Below, in pieces: positions 16,779-24,780 of a stretch of DNA of 32,000 nucleotides. How positions within the stretch are numbered: position 1 is the first letter of the stretch; every line of letters begins with the position of its first letter. The DNA is taken from the NCBI GenBank assembly GCA_030649345.1, contig JAUSKK010000022.1:1-32000 (forward strand), given 5' to 3'. The notes below the pieces were generated by a model. That model had not been told where the DNA came from and searched no databases. It saw only the letters and a list, made by a program, of their open reading frames with translations. The DNA is from Candidatus Iainarchaeum sp. GTDB taxonomy: Archaea > Iainarchaeota > Iainarchaeia > Iainarchaeales > 0-14-0-20-34-12. The position numbers and the translations under genes are program-made.

Positions 16779-17390
16779 ATGAACGAAAAACTTGTACTTG
16801 GATTGATCGGAATTTTAGTTTTATTCGGATGCACTGCAGGAACAGAAGCTGGACGTACAGGAACCCAAATTGAAAGCTTTGAAAATGGATGGAGTGAAAT
16901 TCAAGCAATCGAAGACCAGCAAATGATTAATTTGAGTACTTTTGTAAATACAGACCCTGAATTGGATTTGCCTTGGATCTTGGATCAAACAAAATTAGAG
17001 CAAGTGAAAACACAGATTGCAAACATTCAAACTAGGACTCAAGACCTAAGTTTGCGGCAATTGACAAAATTGTATTTAGCTGCATTGAATGCAGTACAAA
17101 CTGGGATGGACGCAGAACCAGCCTTGCGAGTGCTTGTGAATCTAGATACCGTAAATCCTTTAGAAGTTTGTGCTAGTTCGGTGGAAAACAGCATTGGAAA
17201 AGTAAAAGAATATTTGAATGAATTAATTGCATTGACTGAAAAAAGAAATGAATTCACGGAAAGCTTTCCAGAACAAGCCAGCACTGCTGGAATTTTAAAA
17301 TTTGAAGGAAGTATAGAAGAAACACAAGCAGGAATTACTGCAATGGATTCTGTCAGCCAAGAACTAAAACAAGCCTGCAACTGGAACTAA
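16779..17390 (+). CDS. putative lipoprotein / secreted helical protein
   Basis: The signal sequence has a lipobox-like LFGC (MNEKLVLGLIGILVLFGCTAG). The remainder is helical with two further Cys. It is divergent from the wHTH gene and shares one TATA-like element, TTTATATAA (16738-16746). Confidence 0.7.
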   Translation: MNEKLVLGLIGILVLFGCTAGTEAGRTGTQIESFENGWSEIQAIEDQQMINLSTFVNTDPELDLPWILDQTKLEQVKTQIANIQTRTQDLSLRQLTKLYLAALNAVQTGMDAEPALRVLVNLDTVNPLEVCASSVENSIGKVKEYLNELIALTEKRNEFTESFPEQASTAGILKFEGSIEETQAGITAMDSVSQELKQACNWN

Positions 17391-17398
17391 ACAAACAA

Positions 17399-17959
17399 TC
17401 AGGGTCTTCGCATTAAATTTATTTTTCGTTTAACTAAAGTGGTTTGTTTTTTCTTTTTTAAATAAATTGCACGACGCAAAGAAGTTGTGCGTTCACGTGA
17501 ACGGTTTGAAAAAGGAAGTCGAAAAGCATTGCGAATTTTTGCTAACTTAAATCCAGATTCTAAAAAGAATTTTACATTCGGAGTACGAGCATCTACAACC
17601 AGTGAAGGTTTTTGAAGAATTTTTGCATGCCGTTTGATTGAATTCAGCAAACGGGTTCTGCAAAAATTAGCAAACTTTGAATTATTCACCAATTCTTGGT
17701 CAAACAAAGTTCGTTGAGGCAAAGTGCTGATTCCTTGAACCAAGATATCTTTTTTTCGAACAAAACCAGTTAAAGAAAACAAGAAAGAACTTGTATGTTT
17801 GGAAACTACATTGTAGGTTACGGACGAAAATCTTGCAGACAAAGAACCTTGAGCTGTTGGTTCTCGGTCAGCTAAAGTTTCATGGACTTCAAAAGAAACT
17901 CCTTCAAAGGTTCCTTCGGCCACTTTTCTAGAATTAATCATTCTTACAGGTTGATCCAT
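17399..17959 (-). CDS. hypothetical protein with a very basic C-terminal tail
   Basis: The 186-aa ORF starts at an ATG and has no competing ORF. A FFLESGFK segment weakly recalls the GNAT C-terminal motif, but the acetyl-CoA motif is not recognisable. Confidence 0.5.
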   Translation of the reverse strand: MDQPVRMINSRKVAEGTFEGVSFEVHETLADREPTAQGSLSARFSSVTYNVVSKHTSSFLFSLTGFVRKKDILVQGISTLPQRTLFDQELVNNSKFANFCRTRLLNSIKRHAKILQKPSLVVDARTPNVKFFLESGFKLAKIRNAFRLPFSNRSRERTTSLRRAIYLKKKKQTTLVKRKINLMRRP

Positions 17960-18017
17960 ACAGTAAATATGGAACTCGGAAGATTTAAAAGTATTTAATT
18001 CCAGAATTAAAGGAACT

Positions 18018-18659
18018 ATGGACTATCAAGGAACTGAAATTCAAAGATTCAAGCATGCTACTATTTTCTTAAAAAACAAGAAAGGATTGATAGTTTACAT
18101 TGACCCGTATTTAACGGATACCCGTATGGAAAAAGCAGATATTGTGATTTGTACACATGAACACTTTGATCATTATAGCCCGGAAGATATTTTTAAGATT
18201 TCAAAAAAAGAAACAATACTAATTGGGCCGGAAGGAGTTTGTAAAAAAACAAAAGATAGAAATGCAAAAATTTTAAGAGTTGGAGAAACGATTGAAGTTT
18301 TAGGAATTAAAATTACTGGAACTGAAATGTACAATATTGACAAATTTAGATTGCCGGGAGTTCCATTTCACCCGAAAGGTTTGGGTATTGGAATTATTGT
18401 GGAAATGGATGGAGTTAAAGTCTATCATGCAGGAGATACTGATTTTATTCCGGAAATGAAAAACCTGAAAGTAAATATTGCTTGCCTGCCGGTTTCTGGA
18501 ACTTTTGTAATGACTTGGCAGGAAGCAGTGCATGCAGCGGAAGCCATTCAGGCAGATTTAACGATTCCCATTCACTACGGAGATGGAGTGATTGGCACAA
18601 AAGAAGACGCTGAAAACTTTAAAAAATATTATAAAGGAAAAACAGAAATATTGAAATAA
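18018..18659 (+). CDS. MBL-fold metal-dependent hydrolase (UPF0173-like)
   Basis: It has the HxHxDH motif HEHFDH, a downstream YHAGDT, and IPIHYG near the C-terminus. Confidence 0.85.
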   Translation: MDYQGTEIQRFKHATIFLKNKKGLIVYIDPYLTDTRMEKADIVICTHEHFDHYSPEDIFKISKKETILIGPEGVCKKTKDRNAKILRVGETIEVLGIKITGTEMYNIDKFRLPGVPFHPKGLGIGIIVEMDGVKVYHAGDTDFIPEMKNLKVNIACLPVSGTFVMTWQEAVHAAEAIQADLTIPIHYGDGVIGTKEDAENFKKYYKGKTEILK

Positions 18660-18702
18660 GTAGTAACTTTAGGAAGGATGGTCAGGATTAACTTAAAACT
18701 GG

Positions 18703-18724
18703 GAAGGAAACCTTGGTTTCCTTC
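18703..18724. terminator. 9-bp hairpin between convergent genes
   Basis: GAAGGAAAC (18703-18711), a CTTG loop, then GTTTCCTTC (18716-18724). There is no adjacent long T-tract, so its role is uncertain. Confidence 0.3.
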
Positions 18725-18760
18725 GCGGTTTAGAAAAACACAATTATTGAACGGAAAAAA

Positions 18761-19315
18761 TTAATCGGTATCGGGTTGGCCGGCTTGTGCAATGGCTTCT
18801 TTGGCTTTTTCCTGAATTTCTTTTTTTTGTTCTTCAGAAAACGAACCAAAATAATCTAAGAATTTTTTGGTTGTACGCAAAATATATGATCTGCCTTTAT
18901 GTTCGCGTGCAATAAATCCTTTTTCATCCAATTCTTTAATGTGATCATACGCTTTGTTGTTTCGATATTTGATAATTTCCGATTGTTTAACTGGCTGGCG
19001 GTAAGCAATTAAAGCCAAAGTTTTTTGAACTCCTTTATTAAAGCCAGACTCGGAAGCCAAATGTTTTACTTTGTCTAAATACGGCAAGCGGACTCGCATT
19101 AAGGCTTCTTTGGATTCTTCATTAAAATATACTTCCAAAACAGTTTGCTGGGAGTCGTATTCTTTTTTGAGTTCTTTCAATAAAGATAAAACTTCGGCAT
19201 GCGTTGCTAATCCAGAATTGGAACGCAAGTACTCAAAAGATACTGTTTTGGGAGCCATAAATAAAGTAGCTTCTACCAATTTTCGTTGTTCAATGCGGTC
19301 AAAATCTATAGACAT
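18761..19315 (-). CDS. scpB: segregation and condensation protein B
   Basis: EATLFMAP, TLALIAYRQPVKQSEIIKYRN and TTKKFLDYFG match the tandem-wHTH ScpB pattern. I prefer the ATG at 19315 (MSIDFD...) over the track start at 19411, which would overlap the divergent MFS gene. Confidence 0.85.
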   Translation of the reverse strand: MSIDFDRIEQRKLVEATLFMAPKTVSFEYLRSNSGLATHAEVLSLLKELKKEYDSQQTVLEVYFNEESKEALMRVRLPYLDKVKHLASESGFNKGVQKTLALIAYRQPVKQSEIIKYRNNKAYDHIKELDEKGFIAREHKGRSYILRTTKKFLDYFGSFSEEQKKEIQEKAKEAIAQAGQPDTD

Positions 19316-19373
19316 AAGTTCTATTAAATAAAAGAGAATTTTGTTTAAAAAGGATTGGTTTGTATTAAAGTAC

Positions 19374-20528
19374 ATGACCGAAGAAAAAAAGACAGTAAAA
19401 CTATTTTCCATAGCTGCTTTTTTGAATGATTTAGGCCATTATATGATTACGCCTATTTGGCCAATGTTTATTACAACCATTATTGGAGCACCGGTTAGTT
19501 TTCTAGGAATCATTGAAGGTTTAGGAGAAGCTATGGCTGCATTGATTAAATATCCTGCAGGAATATGGGCTGACAAAACCAAAAAAAAGCCATTGATTGC
19601 ATTAGGTTATTTACTGCCAGCCGTGGCTAGAATTGGGTATGCTTTTAGTTCAACTATAGCCTGGATTTTGCCATTGCATAGCTTGGATCGAATAGGAAAA
19701 GGAATTCGTGAACCAGCAAGAGATGGATATTTAACGCAAACAATTCCCAAAGAAAAACGAGGAGAAAGTTTTGGAATACTAAAAGCATTTGATCGAGCTG
19801 GAGCTGCAATGGGACCATTGATTGCATTTGCTTTATTTGGACTAATAGGATACCAGAACTTAATTTTGCTAGCCGTAATTCCCAGTGCATTGGCAGTACT
19901 TTTGATTATTTTATTTGTAAAAGAAACCAAAAAAGATGAGCTTATTAAAAAAGAAAAATTTGAATTCAACAAAATGTCACCCAATTTTAAAAACGCAATT
20001 TTTATTTCAGGAATTTTTGGATTAAGCTGGTTTTCAATTTCATTTATGATTTTATATTCAACTCAAATTCTAAACTATTCTATAACCAGTATTGCAATTG
20101 CTGTATTTTTGCATACAGTAGTTTCATCGTTTGCTTCATTCAAGGGAGGAAAACTTTCAGATAAACTGGGGAGAAAAAAAGTATTAATTTTTTCCATGGC
20201 TTTGTTTTCCATTATGTGTTTTGGATTTATTTTATCCAGCTGGAATAATGTTCCTTTTTTAGTATTTGGTTTATTTGCCATTTATGGCTTGCATTATGGA
20301 ATGCTGATTCCTTTACAAAATGCATTGATTGGAGACTTAAGTACATCCAAAGTAGCTTCCAGTGCTCAAGGAGCCTATCAATTTATTTTTGGAATTAGTG
20401 CAATGCTGGCCAGCATTATGGCAGGACTAATTTGGGAATATTACGCACCCACAGGAATCTTTTATTATGGATTCATTGTTTCCGTAATTGCAATCATTTT
20501 ATTCTCGATTCGAGTCAAAGAAAACTAG
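19374..20528 (+). CDS. MFS transporter
   Basis: It has about 12 hydrophobic segments. The loop 2-3 motif is GIWADKTKKKP and the second-half counterpart is GGKLSDKLGRKK. I prefer the ATG at 19374 over the TTG at 19341. Confidence 0.85.
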   Translation: MTEEKKTVKLFSIAAFLNDLGHYMITPIWPMFITTIIGAPVSFLGIIEGLGEAMAALIKYPAGIWADKTKKKPLIALGYLLPAVARIGYAFSSTIAWILPLHSLDRIGKGIREPARDGYLTQTIPKEKRGESFGILKAFDRAGAAMGPLIAFALFGLIGYQNLILLAVIPSALAVLLIILFVKETKKDELIKKEKFEFNKMSPNFKNAIFISGIFGLSWFSISFMILYSTQILNYSITSIAIAVFLHTVVSSFASFKGGKLSDKLGRKKVLIFSMALFSIMCFGFILSSWNNVPFLVFGLFAIYGLHYGMLIPLQNALIGDLSTSKVASSAQGAYQFIFGISAMLASIMAGLIWEYYAPTGIFYYGFIVSVIAIILFSIRVKEN

Positions 20529-20589
20529 TTCAAGAATGTAACTGAATCTTTTTAAACATTTCATTTCTAATATTTCCAAGTGATTTGAA

Positions 20590-21708
20590 TTGACAATTGA
20601 ATTTGATGGATTTGGACCGGAACGAGTTATCGAAGTCTATAATCCCAAAGTCGGAATGCATGGATTTTTAGTAATTGACAATACTGCTTTAGGGCCTGGA
20701 AAAGGCGGAATTCGAATGACTCCAGGAGTCACGAAAACAGAAGTATACAAATTAGCCAGAACCATGACTTGGAAGAATGCCATGGCCGAAATTCCTTTTG
20801 GCGGAGCTAAAGGCGGAATTATTGCAGACCCTAGACAAATGAGTGTAGAAAAAAAATACGAAATCATCAAAGCATACGCTCAAGCAGTAAAGCCATTTAT
20901 TCCCAAAGATTATGTAGCTGGACCGGATATTAATACTACAGAAAAAGAAATGGAAATATTTGCCAAAACTGTTGGAACCAATAAAGCATGTACTGGAAAA
21001 CCTAAAAGCATGGGCGGCCTGCCTCATGAATTGGGAAGCACTGGATTTGGAGTAGTGGAAGCAACTGAAGTTGCAGCAGAGTTTACTGGATTAAACTTGA
21101 AAGATGCTACAGTAGCCATTGAAGGATTTGGAAATGTAGGAACATTTGCTGGAAAATTTTTAACCGAAAAAGGAGCCAAACTAGTTGGAGTTTCAGACAT
21201 TCAAGGATTGGTTACAGATTTCCAAAATGGATTGGACTACGAAAAATTAATGCAAGCAGTACAACACGAAGGAAGTGTAGTCAAATACAAAAACGGAAAA
21301 ATTTTGCCCAACCACGATATTGTTGGATTGGATGTAGATATTTTAATTACTGCAGCAATTCCTGATTTAATTAAAATCAATGAAGTAGATCAAGTGAAAG
21401 CAAAATTGATTGTGGAAGGAAGTAATATTCCTATGACGCATGAAGTTGAAAAAGAATTATTCGAAAAAGGAGTAATCCTTGTTCCAGACTTTATTGCCAA
21501 TGCCGGCGGAGTAATTTCAAGTTACGTAGAATTTATTGAAGGAACCGAAAAACAAATGTTTGAAATGGTTAAAGAACGAATTCAAAGAAACACAAAACTA
21601 ACCATGAATGAATCGAAAAAAGAAGGAATAGATCCAAGAACAGTTGCAGTAAAAATTGCACGAAAACGAGTTCTAGAAAAATGTGCCAACTGCAAAGTCA
21701 CTGAATAA
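20590..21708 (+). CDS. Glu/Leu/Phe/Val dehydrogenase family protein (short, 372 aa)
   Basis: Motifs are GKGGIRMTP, FGGAKGGI (catalytic Lys) and the Rossmann motif GFGNVG. The TTG start is preceded by AGTGAT. Confidence 0.9.
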   Translation: MTIEFDGFGPERVIEVYNPKVGMHGFLVIDNTALGPGKGGIRMTPGVTKTEVYKLARTMTWKNAMAEIPFGGAKGGIIADPRQMSVEKKYEIIKAYAQAVKPFIPKDYVAGPDINTTEKEMEIFAKTVGTNKACTGKPKSMGGLPHELGSTGFGVVEATEVAAEFTGLNLKDATVAIEGFGNVGTFAGKFLTEKGAKLVGVSDIQGLVTDFQNGLDYEKLMQAVQHEGSVVKYKNGKILPNHDIVGLDVDILITAAIPDLIKINEVDQVKAKLIVEGSNIPMTHEVEKELFEKGVILVPDFIANAGGVISSYVEFIEGTEKQMFEMVKERIQRNTKLTMNESKKEGIDPRTVAVKIARKRVLEKCANCKVTE

Positions 21709-21712
21709 AAAA

Positions 21713-22180
21713 TTACATTTGCAAATATTTTAATTTAGTTAAAACTTCTTGCACATGATTTTTAGGCTGAACATTTCGAAAAACTTCTTTTACTAAACCA
21801 TCTGGCCCAATAATAAACGTAGTGCGATTAACGCCTAAGAAAAATTTGCCAGCCACATTTTTTTGCCCCCAAACAGAATAGGCTTTGCATACTTTGGATT
21901 CAGTGTCTGCCAACAAACTAAATTCAATTTTGTGTTCAATTGCAAACTTTTTATGGGAATCAACTGAATCTGGGCTTACACCCAAGACTTCACAGTTCAA
22001 TGATTTGAATTCAGAATAAGCTGCAGCAAAATCACAGCCTTCCAAAGTACAGCCTGGAGTAAAGTCTTTGGGATAAAAATAAATAACCAGCCATTGGCCT
22101 TTAAAGTCAACCAAACGCACTTGTTTATTGTGTTGGTTTAAAACAGCCAGCTCCGGTGCATTTTTTCCAATTTCAAGCAT
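21713..22180 (-). CDS. bcp: thiol peroxidase / peroxiredoxin, Bcp type
   Basis: The motif is FYPKDFTPGCTLEGC, a CxxxxC atypical 2-Cys arrangement. Confidence 0.9.
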   Translation of the reverse strand: MLEIGKNAPELAVLNQHNKQVRLVDFKGQWLVIYFYPKDFTPGCTLEGCDFAAAYSEFKSLNCEVLGVSPDSVDSHKKFAIEHKIEFSLLADTESKVCKAYSVWGQKNVAGKFFLGVNRTTFIIGPDGLVKEVFRNVQPKNHVQEVLTKLKYLQM

Positions 22181-22272
22181 ACACTAATTAGAAAGAAAGA
22201 GAATAAAAGAGTTTTTGCGAAGAATTTTTCCATAAACGCTTTTTAAAAGGGTTTTTACAATTAAAGCATACA

Positions 22273-22986
22273 ATGTATACTGAAAAAGAGATTGATCGCA
22301 GAACAGGAATTGTTACAGGAGCAGCGCAAGGCATTGGAAAAGAGGTTGCTTTTGCTTTAGCCAAAAAAGGAACCAATTTAATATTGGCAGACACGCATAC
22401 TAAAAAATTAAAACAAGCAGTCAAAGAAATACGATTAATCAATGAAAACACTATTGGAATTCGAACCAATGTCAGAATGGAACAAGATGTAAAAAGAACC
22501 ACGGAGAAGGGTTTGGAAAAATTTGGAAAAATTGACTTCTTAATCAATTGTGCAGGCATTGCAGTCATGAAAGAATTAAAGGAAACAGGAACCAAAGAAT
22601 TTGAAAAAGTTTTAGATACTAACTTGAAAGGAATATTTTTGTTCTGCAAATACGTTGTGCCAGTCATGGAGCAAAATAAATTTGGAGTGATTGTCAACAT
22701 TGCATCTGGTTTGGGAAAAAAAGGAATGAAAGGATTCTCAGCATACAGCGCCAGCAAATTTGGAGTGATTGGATTAACGGAAAGCTTAGCGGATGAATTA
22801 AAGGATAAAGGAATCAAAGTATTGGCTATGTGTCCGGGGGGCGTGAATACAGAAATGTACAAAACAGTTTTCAAAAACTACAATCCAGCCAATTTAATTC
22901 GGCCAGAATATATTGCACAACAAGTTACGAAAATTTGTTATGAAAGTTATTTAGTAAAAACTGGAAGCAGTTTGGAGTTATACTAA
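22273..22986 (+). CDS. classical short-chain dehydrogenase/reductase
   Basis: Motifs are TGAAQGIG (TGxxxGxG), NCAG and YSASK (YxxxK). Confidence 0.9.
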   Translation: MYTEKEIDRRTGIVTGAAQGIGKEVAFALAKKGTNLILADTHTKKLKQAVKEIRLINENTIGIRTNVRMEQDVKRTTEKGLEKFGKIDFLINCAGIAVMKELKETGTKEFEKVLDTNLKGIFLFCKYVVPVMEQNKFGVIVNIASGLGKKGMKGFSAYSASKFGVIGLTESLADELKDKGIKVLAMCPGGVNTEMYKTVFKNYNPANLIRPEYIAQQVTKICYESYLVKTGSSLELY

Positions 22987-22997
22987 CGAGGTAAATT

Positions 22998-23333
22998 ATG
23001 GAAATGAACTTAAGTCAAAAAAACTGTGTACCCTGCAAAGGCGGAGTATCTGGAATTCGTAAAACGCAAGCTATGGAATTTTTAGCACAGCTGCCTAAAT
23101 GGCAATTAAAAGAAGATGGGAAAGAAATTTTCAAAGAATGGAAATTCAAAAACTTTAAAGAAACCATAGTATTTGTAAACAAAGTAGGAGAAATAGCAGA
23201 AAACGAAGGACATCATCCGAATATCCATATCACAGACTGGAATAAACTAAGACTGGAATTCAGCACACAAGCCATTCATGCATTAACTGAAAACGATTTC
23301 ATCATGGCTGCTAAAATAAATGAATTGGAATAA
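22998..23333 (+). CDS. pterin-4a-carbinolamine dehydratase (COG2154)
   Basis: It has the EGHHPNI motif and is 111 aa. A GAGGT RBS is present. It starts 11 nt after the SDR stop. Confidence 0.9.
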   Translation: MEMNLSQKNCVPCKGGVSGIRKTQAMEFLAQLPKWQLKEDGKEIFKEWKFKNFKETIVFVNKVGEIAENEGHHPNIHITDWNKLRLEFSTQAIHALTENDFIMAAKINELE

Positions 23334-23371
23334 AAAAAGTAAAAAATTGAAAATTTATAAAAAGTGAAAAT

Positions 23372-23914
23372 ATGAAAGTAATTATAGTGCACGGATGGCA
23401 TGGATGGATTTCGGGTCATTGGGTTGAATGGCTGAGAGATCAGTTAAAAGACAAAAAAATCGAAGTATATTTGCCTTTATTGCCCAATCCTGCTTTAGAA
23501 AAAGAATGGCTGTCAGAATTAAAAAAAATAACCAATTACGATTCAAATACAATTCTTGTAGGGCATAGTTTGGGTTGTGCAGCGATTTTGAGATTATTGG
23601 AAGAATTACCAGAAACACAAAAAGTTGGAAAAGTTGTTTTTGTAGTTGGCTGGGTTGGAGGAGATCACAGTATTCCAGAACTAAGAGATTTTTACAAAAA
23701 ATCATTTGATTGGAAAAAAATACAAAAACAAGCAGAAAAATTTATTGTGATTAATTCAGACAATGATCCTTATTATGAAAAAGAAAAAGGTCGAGAACAT
23801 ATCTCCAAGTACTTGAAAAGTGAATTTATTTTAGAACACAATCAAGGACACATTAATGTCCAATCAGGATTTGGCCCGTATCCTAAATTACTGAAAATGG
23901 CACTAGAGAAATAG
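23372..23914 (+). CDS. alpha/beta serine hydrolase, YdeN/RBBP9-like
   Basis: It has IIVHGW at the N-terminus, the nucleophile elbow GHSLG, and SDNDPY and GH near the C-terminus. Confidence 0.8.
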   Translation: MKVIIVHGWHGWISGHWVEWLRDQLKDKKIEVYLPLLPNPALEKEWLSELKKITNYDSNTILVGHSLGCAAILRLLEELPETQKVGKVVFVVGWVGGDHSIPELRDFYKKSFDWKKIQKQAEKFIVINSDNDPYYEKEKGREHISKYLKSEFILEHNQGHINVQSGFGPYPKLLKMALEK

Positions 23915-23951
23915 GTTTAAATAAAGTTCAATCACTAGTTAATAGATTAAT

Positions 23952-24107
23952 ATGAATAAAACTGAATTAATAACAATCCCAAGAGAAGAGTATGATACAA
24001 TGGTTGAAGCATTGGAAATTATGCACGATAAAAAACTATTAAAAGAACTTCAAGAACGAGAAACACAAATTCTAAGCGGAAAATTTCAAAATTTAAAAGA
24101 TCTCTGA
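23952..24107 (+). CDS. relB: 51-aa RelB/Phd-like antitoxin (below the ORF-track cutoff)
   Basis: The ORF runs from ATG 23952 to TGA 24105-24107 and encodes MNKTELITIPREEYDTMVEALEIMHDKKLLKELQERETQILSGKFQNLKDL. It ends 4 nt before the relE start. Confidence 0.6.
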   Translation: MNKTELITIPREEYDTMVEALEIMHDKKLLKELQERETQILSGKFQNLKDL

Positions 24108-24111
24108 TTTT

Positions 24112-24363
24112 ATGTATCAAGTTGTCTTTGAAGAAGACTTTAAAAAAGAATTCAAAAAATTAGATAGTCCTATTCAACAACAAATTAAGAAAAAACTATT
24201 TGAATTGCAAGAAAATCCCGGATTAGGAAAACATTTGATTGGTTTGCCTTACTGGAGTTTAAGAGTTGGAAAATATCGAATTATTTACAAAATAAATGAA
24301 GAAACAAAACAGGTATTTTTATTAAAAGTAAACGACCGTGGTCATATCTATAAAGAATTGTGA
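24112..24363 (+). CDS. relE: RelE/ParE-family toxin (mRNA interferase)
   Basis: The 83-aa protein has the pattern FKKEFKKLDSPIQQQIKKKLFELQENP...WSLRVGKYRIIYKINEETKQVFLLKVNDRGHIY, typical of RelE/StbE. Confidence 0.85.
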   Translation: MYQVVFEEDFKKEFKKLDSPIQQQIKKKLFELQENPGLGKHLIGLPYWSLRVGKYRIIYKINEETKQVFLLKVNDRGHIYKEL

Positions 24364-24365
24364 AA

Positions 24366-24776
24366 CTAAATCTTCAAACCAGTAACAATTTTAGTTTGAG
24401 TTGGATTCTCCAACCATTGCTTTAAGCCTTTTTGAACTACAGTTAAACCCAGCAAAGCACATTTAATTCGCAAAGGCATAATGGTTCCAGTGACTTCAAA
24501 AATATCAGTAGAAGACATGTCCAAAACATCAGAAACTTGTTTGCCTTTAATTAGTTCAGTTAAAACACTGGCACACGCAGTGCTAATGGCACAGCCTTCG
24601 GGTTCAAAAGAAATTTCTTGAATGATGTTATTGGAAATATTTAAATAAAAAGAAATTTTATCTCCACAAACAGGATTGCCGCCTTGCAAAAAAAGAGTTG
24701 GATTGGAAAGCTTTCCTTTATTGGACGGATTTTCATACAATTCCAAAATCAAATCAGAATACAATTCATTGGACAT
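24366..24776 (-). CDS. sufU: SufU-type Fe-S cluster assembly sulfurtransferase/scaffold
   Basis: It has NPVCGD, EGCAIS and KCALLG, the three conserved Cys. It is the last gene of the suf operon. Confidence 0.9.
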   Translation of the reverse strand: MSNELYSDLILELYENPSNKGKLSNPTLFLQGGNPVCGDKISFYLNISNNIIQEISFEPEGCAISTACASVLTELIKGKQVSDVLDMSSTDIFEVTGTIMPLRIKCALLGLTVVQKGLKQWLENPTQTKIVTGLKI

Positions 24777-24780
24777 AAAA

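Noticed and set aside
19316-19411. Long starts for scpB (19411) and the MFS gene (TTG at 19341), which would make the two divergent genes overlap by about 70 nt
   Set aside because: The internal ATGs at 19315 (MSIDFD...) and 19374 (MTEEKK...) remove the overlap. They leave a 58-nt AT-rich divergent promoter spacer and drop N-terminal extensions that look non-native.
22188-22874. 228-aa minus-strand ORF
   Set aside because: It lies entirely antisense to the SDR gene, which carries unambiguous TGxxxGxG, NCAG and YxxxK motifs. The antisense product has no recognisable features.
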